Assembly: GCA_003990765.1 (NCBI GenBank)
Contig: RBNJ01000042.1
Span: 1-47,800, forward strand
Source: Jimgerdemannia flammicorona
Lineage: Eukaryota
Length of the DNA stretch: 47,800 nt
Direction of reading: 5' to 3'
Position numbers and translations under genes: made by a program. Of the stretch, positions 45,101 to 47,800 are shown piece by piece; positions within the stretch are counted from its first letter, which is position 1; each line of letters starts with the position of its first letter. The notes beneath the pieces are model-generated. The model worked only from the letters and a program-made list of their open reading frames with translations, was not told the DNA's origin and did not search any database.

Positions 45101-46289
45101 TTAGATAGGACTAGGGTACCACACCAGTTCTAGTCAGCAATGATCAGCCTGCTGGAAAGGAGTAGGGCTATACTCATATGTAATGGGCATAGAGGGGTAT
45201 TGTTCTTTCTGAGTAGGGGTGTACCCCAGGGGGACCCACTGTCCCCCATTCTATATGCTCTTTCCCTAGAACCCCTGTTAGATAGAATTAGGCAGAAGAT
45301 AGTGGAGCTCTCTATCTTTGGAATTGGGTGGAAAGTTGGAGCCTTTGCAGATGATATAGTGGTCAGACTGAGATCAATTGCTGATGTTGACAAGCTCAAA
45401 GAGACAGTGGAGTGGTATAACAAGAACTCTGGAGCTAAGCTCAATTGACACAAGTGTGAAAATGATATTAGGCAATAGCTTAGTGGGAGGGGATGTTATT
45501 AGAACAATTGTCTCTGCTGGTGCAGTACTTAGGTATTTATTTGTCAGTATATGGGTCAGTCCTAATCCAACTTTGGTGAGAGCAGAGGGTTGGAATCTGG
45601 GGGGAGGTCCTGCAGAGTTGGGGGGGTCACCACTTGTCTCTAGTGGGGCATATCTCAATTTTGAATGTCTATTGGCTGCTGAAGTTATAGTATCTGGCTT
45701 ATTATATAGACTTCCTAGCCTAGGTGGTAAAGAGATTAATAAAGCTGGCCAAGGAGTAGATCTAGACTGAAAGAAGGAGTTAGATCAGTTGGGAGGTCCT
45801 ATCCTTACTGGTGGCAAGAGGAGCACTTGGGCTGGTTGACTTTCTAAAGAGACTATACTGCTTAAGAGCATGGTGGTTAAAGAGAGTGATGGAGTTGAGA
45901 GGGGGCAGTTGGGTCTCCCTATTGCAGAAGGTCTGAGAGATGAGGTTCTTACCAAGGGACTCAACAGGAGATCTCTTATCATTGGTTGGGCTTCAGAATA
46001 CTGAACAATTGCAATATAAAGACTTCTGGTGAGGGGTAGTAGAGGGGGTACACTCATTGGAATTCACTGGTAAGGAAATAAAGAAGAAGTGGCTTGGGGT
46101 CTAGTGATATAGAGATGAGACCAAGTATTGCTAGGAGGCATTCCCTTAATTAAGTTTGATATTAATGATGGGATAGAATACCAAAGAGAACCAGACCAGG
46201 ATCTGTGGCCTAGCAGTTGGTAGAGAGTGGGTATCAGGGAAGAGTGGAACTGGCATGGTATTTAGACCTGGAGTACTAAGATGAGGAGA
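42184..46289 (+). mobile_element. L1/Tx1-type LINE, copy 4, 5'-truncated in ORF1; 3' part displaced by the next insertion
   Basis: Colinear with copy 2 (closest to it). GGDFN, GVPQGDPLSP, FADD. Very many stops. Confidence 0.92.
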
Positions 46290-47673
46290 TTTTTTTTTTT
46301 TTTTTTATAGTCTCTTGGACTCCTTTATTACAGTTATCTAATACAATTACAGAGAACTACAAATTACTACCAATCCTACAACATATACTGAGAGTCCTTC
46401 AGCCAACACCTTCCTTCCATCGCACTCCACTATCATCTAACACCAGAAACCCTCAACTCTACAGTACAATGTCTTGTACTTTCTTCACTGCCCCCAACTT
46501 CTGATGCCTCCCCTGATACCACCAACCCTGTACTACTTCCCATACCAGCCAATGCCATCGCTCAACCAGGTCCCCAATTCCCATCCAACATTCACCTTCA
46601 AAGACCCATCACCAGTATGCTGCCATTAAGACCCACACTCCTAAGATCTGCCCAACACCTCCCCAAATGTCCCCAACATCTCCCACCAGTCTCCTCTGGA
46701 TGATGACACTAACTGGCTCTCCCAGCCTCCTTCGATCAGAACTCCAATATTCCTCCAACATCTGCCAATACCCCTCTACCCCTGGACAGGCCCCCAAGAC
46801 ATGCTCTGGGGTCTGAACCACTTCTCCAGAAATCTCCGCACACCATTCACAATTCCTGTATCCATCAGTCACCATTCACCCTGTCCGATAGTTTAACATT
46901 ATATTCCTTCTCATGAACCTCCACCAAACTACCCAATACTGAGGAGGTACCACCTTATTCAAGATAGTGGCCCATCCCCAGATTCTACCCCATTCCCACG
47001 TCTCGCCAATACCAGCTGTCTGCCATCCTACTGGCCACCACTCAAGAGGGCCTGATCTGGCCCATTCCATTGCCTCAACCAGAGAATAATCCTTCAGCTC
47101 CTTCTCTCCCACCCTAAGTAATTCGAGTCGCCACCACTGCTGCTCAGGGTCTGCCCCCTCCTCTATCACCTCCACCTCCAGCCCCGTCAGGCCCATCATA
47201 AGCCAGGCCTCAATGATATCCCACCAGAACCCTTTGTACTGCATCCTCCCCACAGATCCGATCTGAAGTAGCCCTCACAAATCCTTCCTCTCTGCACTCC
47301 AGGGGCAGAACCTGATCTCCCAATTGTCCATTGCTAATCTGCCCCAGCTCTCTTCCCCTAGCTCCATTAGTCGGTGACCCCACCAGCCCCGCAGTGCCTT
47401 CAACCTTCGCCGAAAGTCCACCAACCCCAAACCACTATCAGTAATTGGCAGCACCAATGCATCCCATCCAATCTGCGGCTGTCTACCCTTCCAGAGCCAC
47501 CCTTCCATAACCTTCTTGAGATGCCACACCACCCAACCAGGAAAATCAAGGTGGTAACCCAGGTACCACAGCTTCAGCAGCCAGTATACATTCAGAACTA
47601 CCACTCTTCCTACTAGAGAAAAGTTTCAACCAGCCCAGCCCGTCAATACCCCTTCCCATTTTTGTACCATAGA
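46290..47673 (-). mobile_element. 3' part of a second, divergent LINE family inserted in LINE copy 4
   Basis: T17 at 46290-46306. LNVYWLLKLWYLGYHLDFP, GLGLVDF, YWVVWWRFMRRN, CEWC..PEHVLGAC are homologous to, but clearly different from, copy 3. Confidence 0.9.
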
Positions 47674-47800
47674 TGTAAGCGCACAACCTCCAAGCCACCG
47701 AAATCACACGTCACCCTCTGGACAAGCCACTGAAATCACACGCGACCTCCGAACAAATCTAGAAATCACCTGCCTGATCACGAAGCTGAGTCAAACGGAA
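47674..47800. mobile_element. Probable terminus of a third, younger LTR element interrupting the second LINE
   Basis: LINE homology stops and TGTAAG begins. CpG-rich, with the short repeat AAGCCACYGAAATCACACG twice. Cut by the window edge. Confidence 0.45.

Overview
Eukaryotic (fungal-looking; lineage cannot be fixed from sequence alone) transposon graveyard with no host gene. Almost all 47.8 kb is nested, stop-riddled retroelements. (i) Two head-to-head copies of a Ty3/gypsy chromovirus ('family A': gag-dUTPase-PR-RT-RH-IN-chromodomain; A1 minus ~5351-21360, A2 plus ~28330-42180). (ii) Two complete copies of a second Ty3/gypsy element ('family B'; B1 plus 21699-28298, B2 minus 31104-37823; 4-bp TSDs) organised as gag-PR-Cys/His linker-dUTPase-RT-RH, then integrase in a separate +1 reading frame, then a 153-aa extra ORF. 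(iii) Four large copies of an L1/Tx1-type APE LINE (one full length with a 15-bp TSD), a ~110-bp LINE 3' stub and a divergent second LINE. (iv) A 538-bp hAT-type foldback MITE with an 8-bp TSD, a 1.1-kb 9-bp minisatellite and the start of a probable third LTR at the right edge. A1 and A2 act as empty-site controls for each other's insertions. Most notable: the three-cistron layout of family B seen in both copies, dUTPase at two different positions in two co-resident families, accessory 3' coding regions in both, and C-to-T/G-to-A decay that is not limited to CpG. All alignments were done by eye; domain boundaries are approximate.
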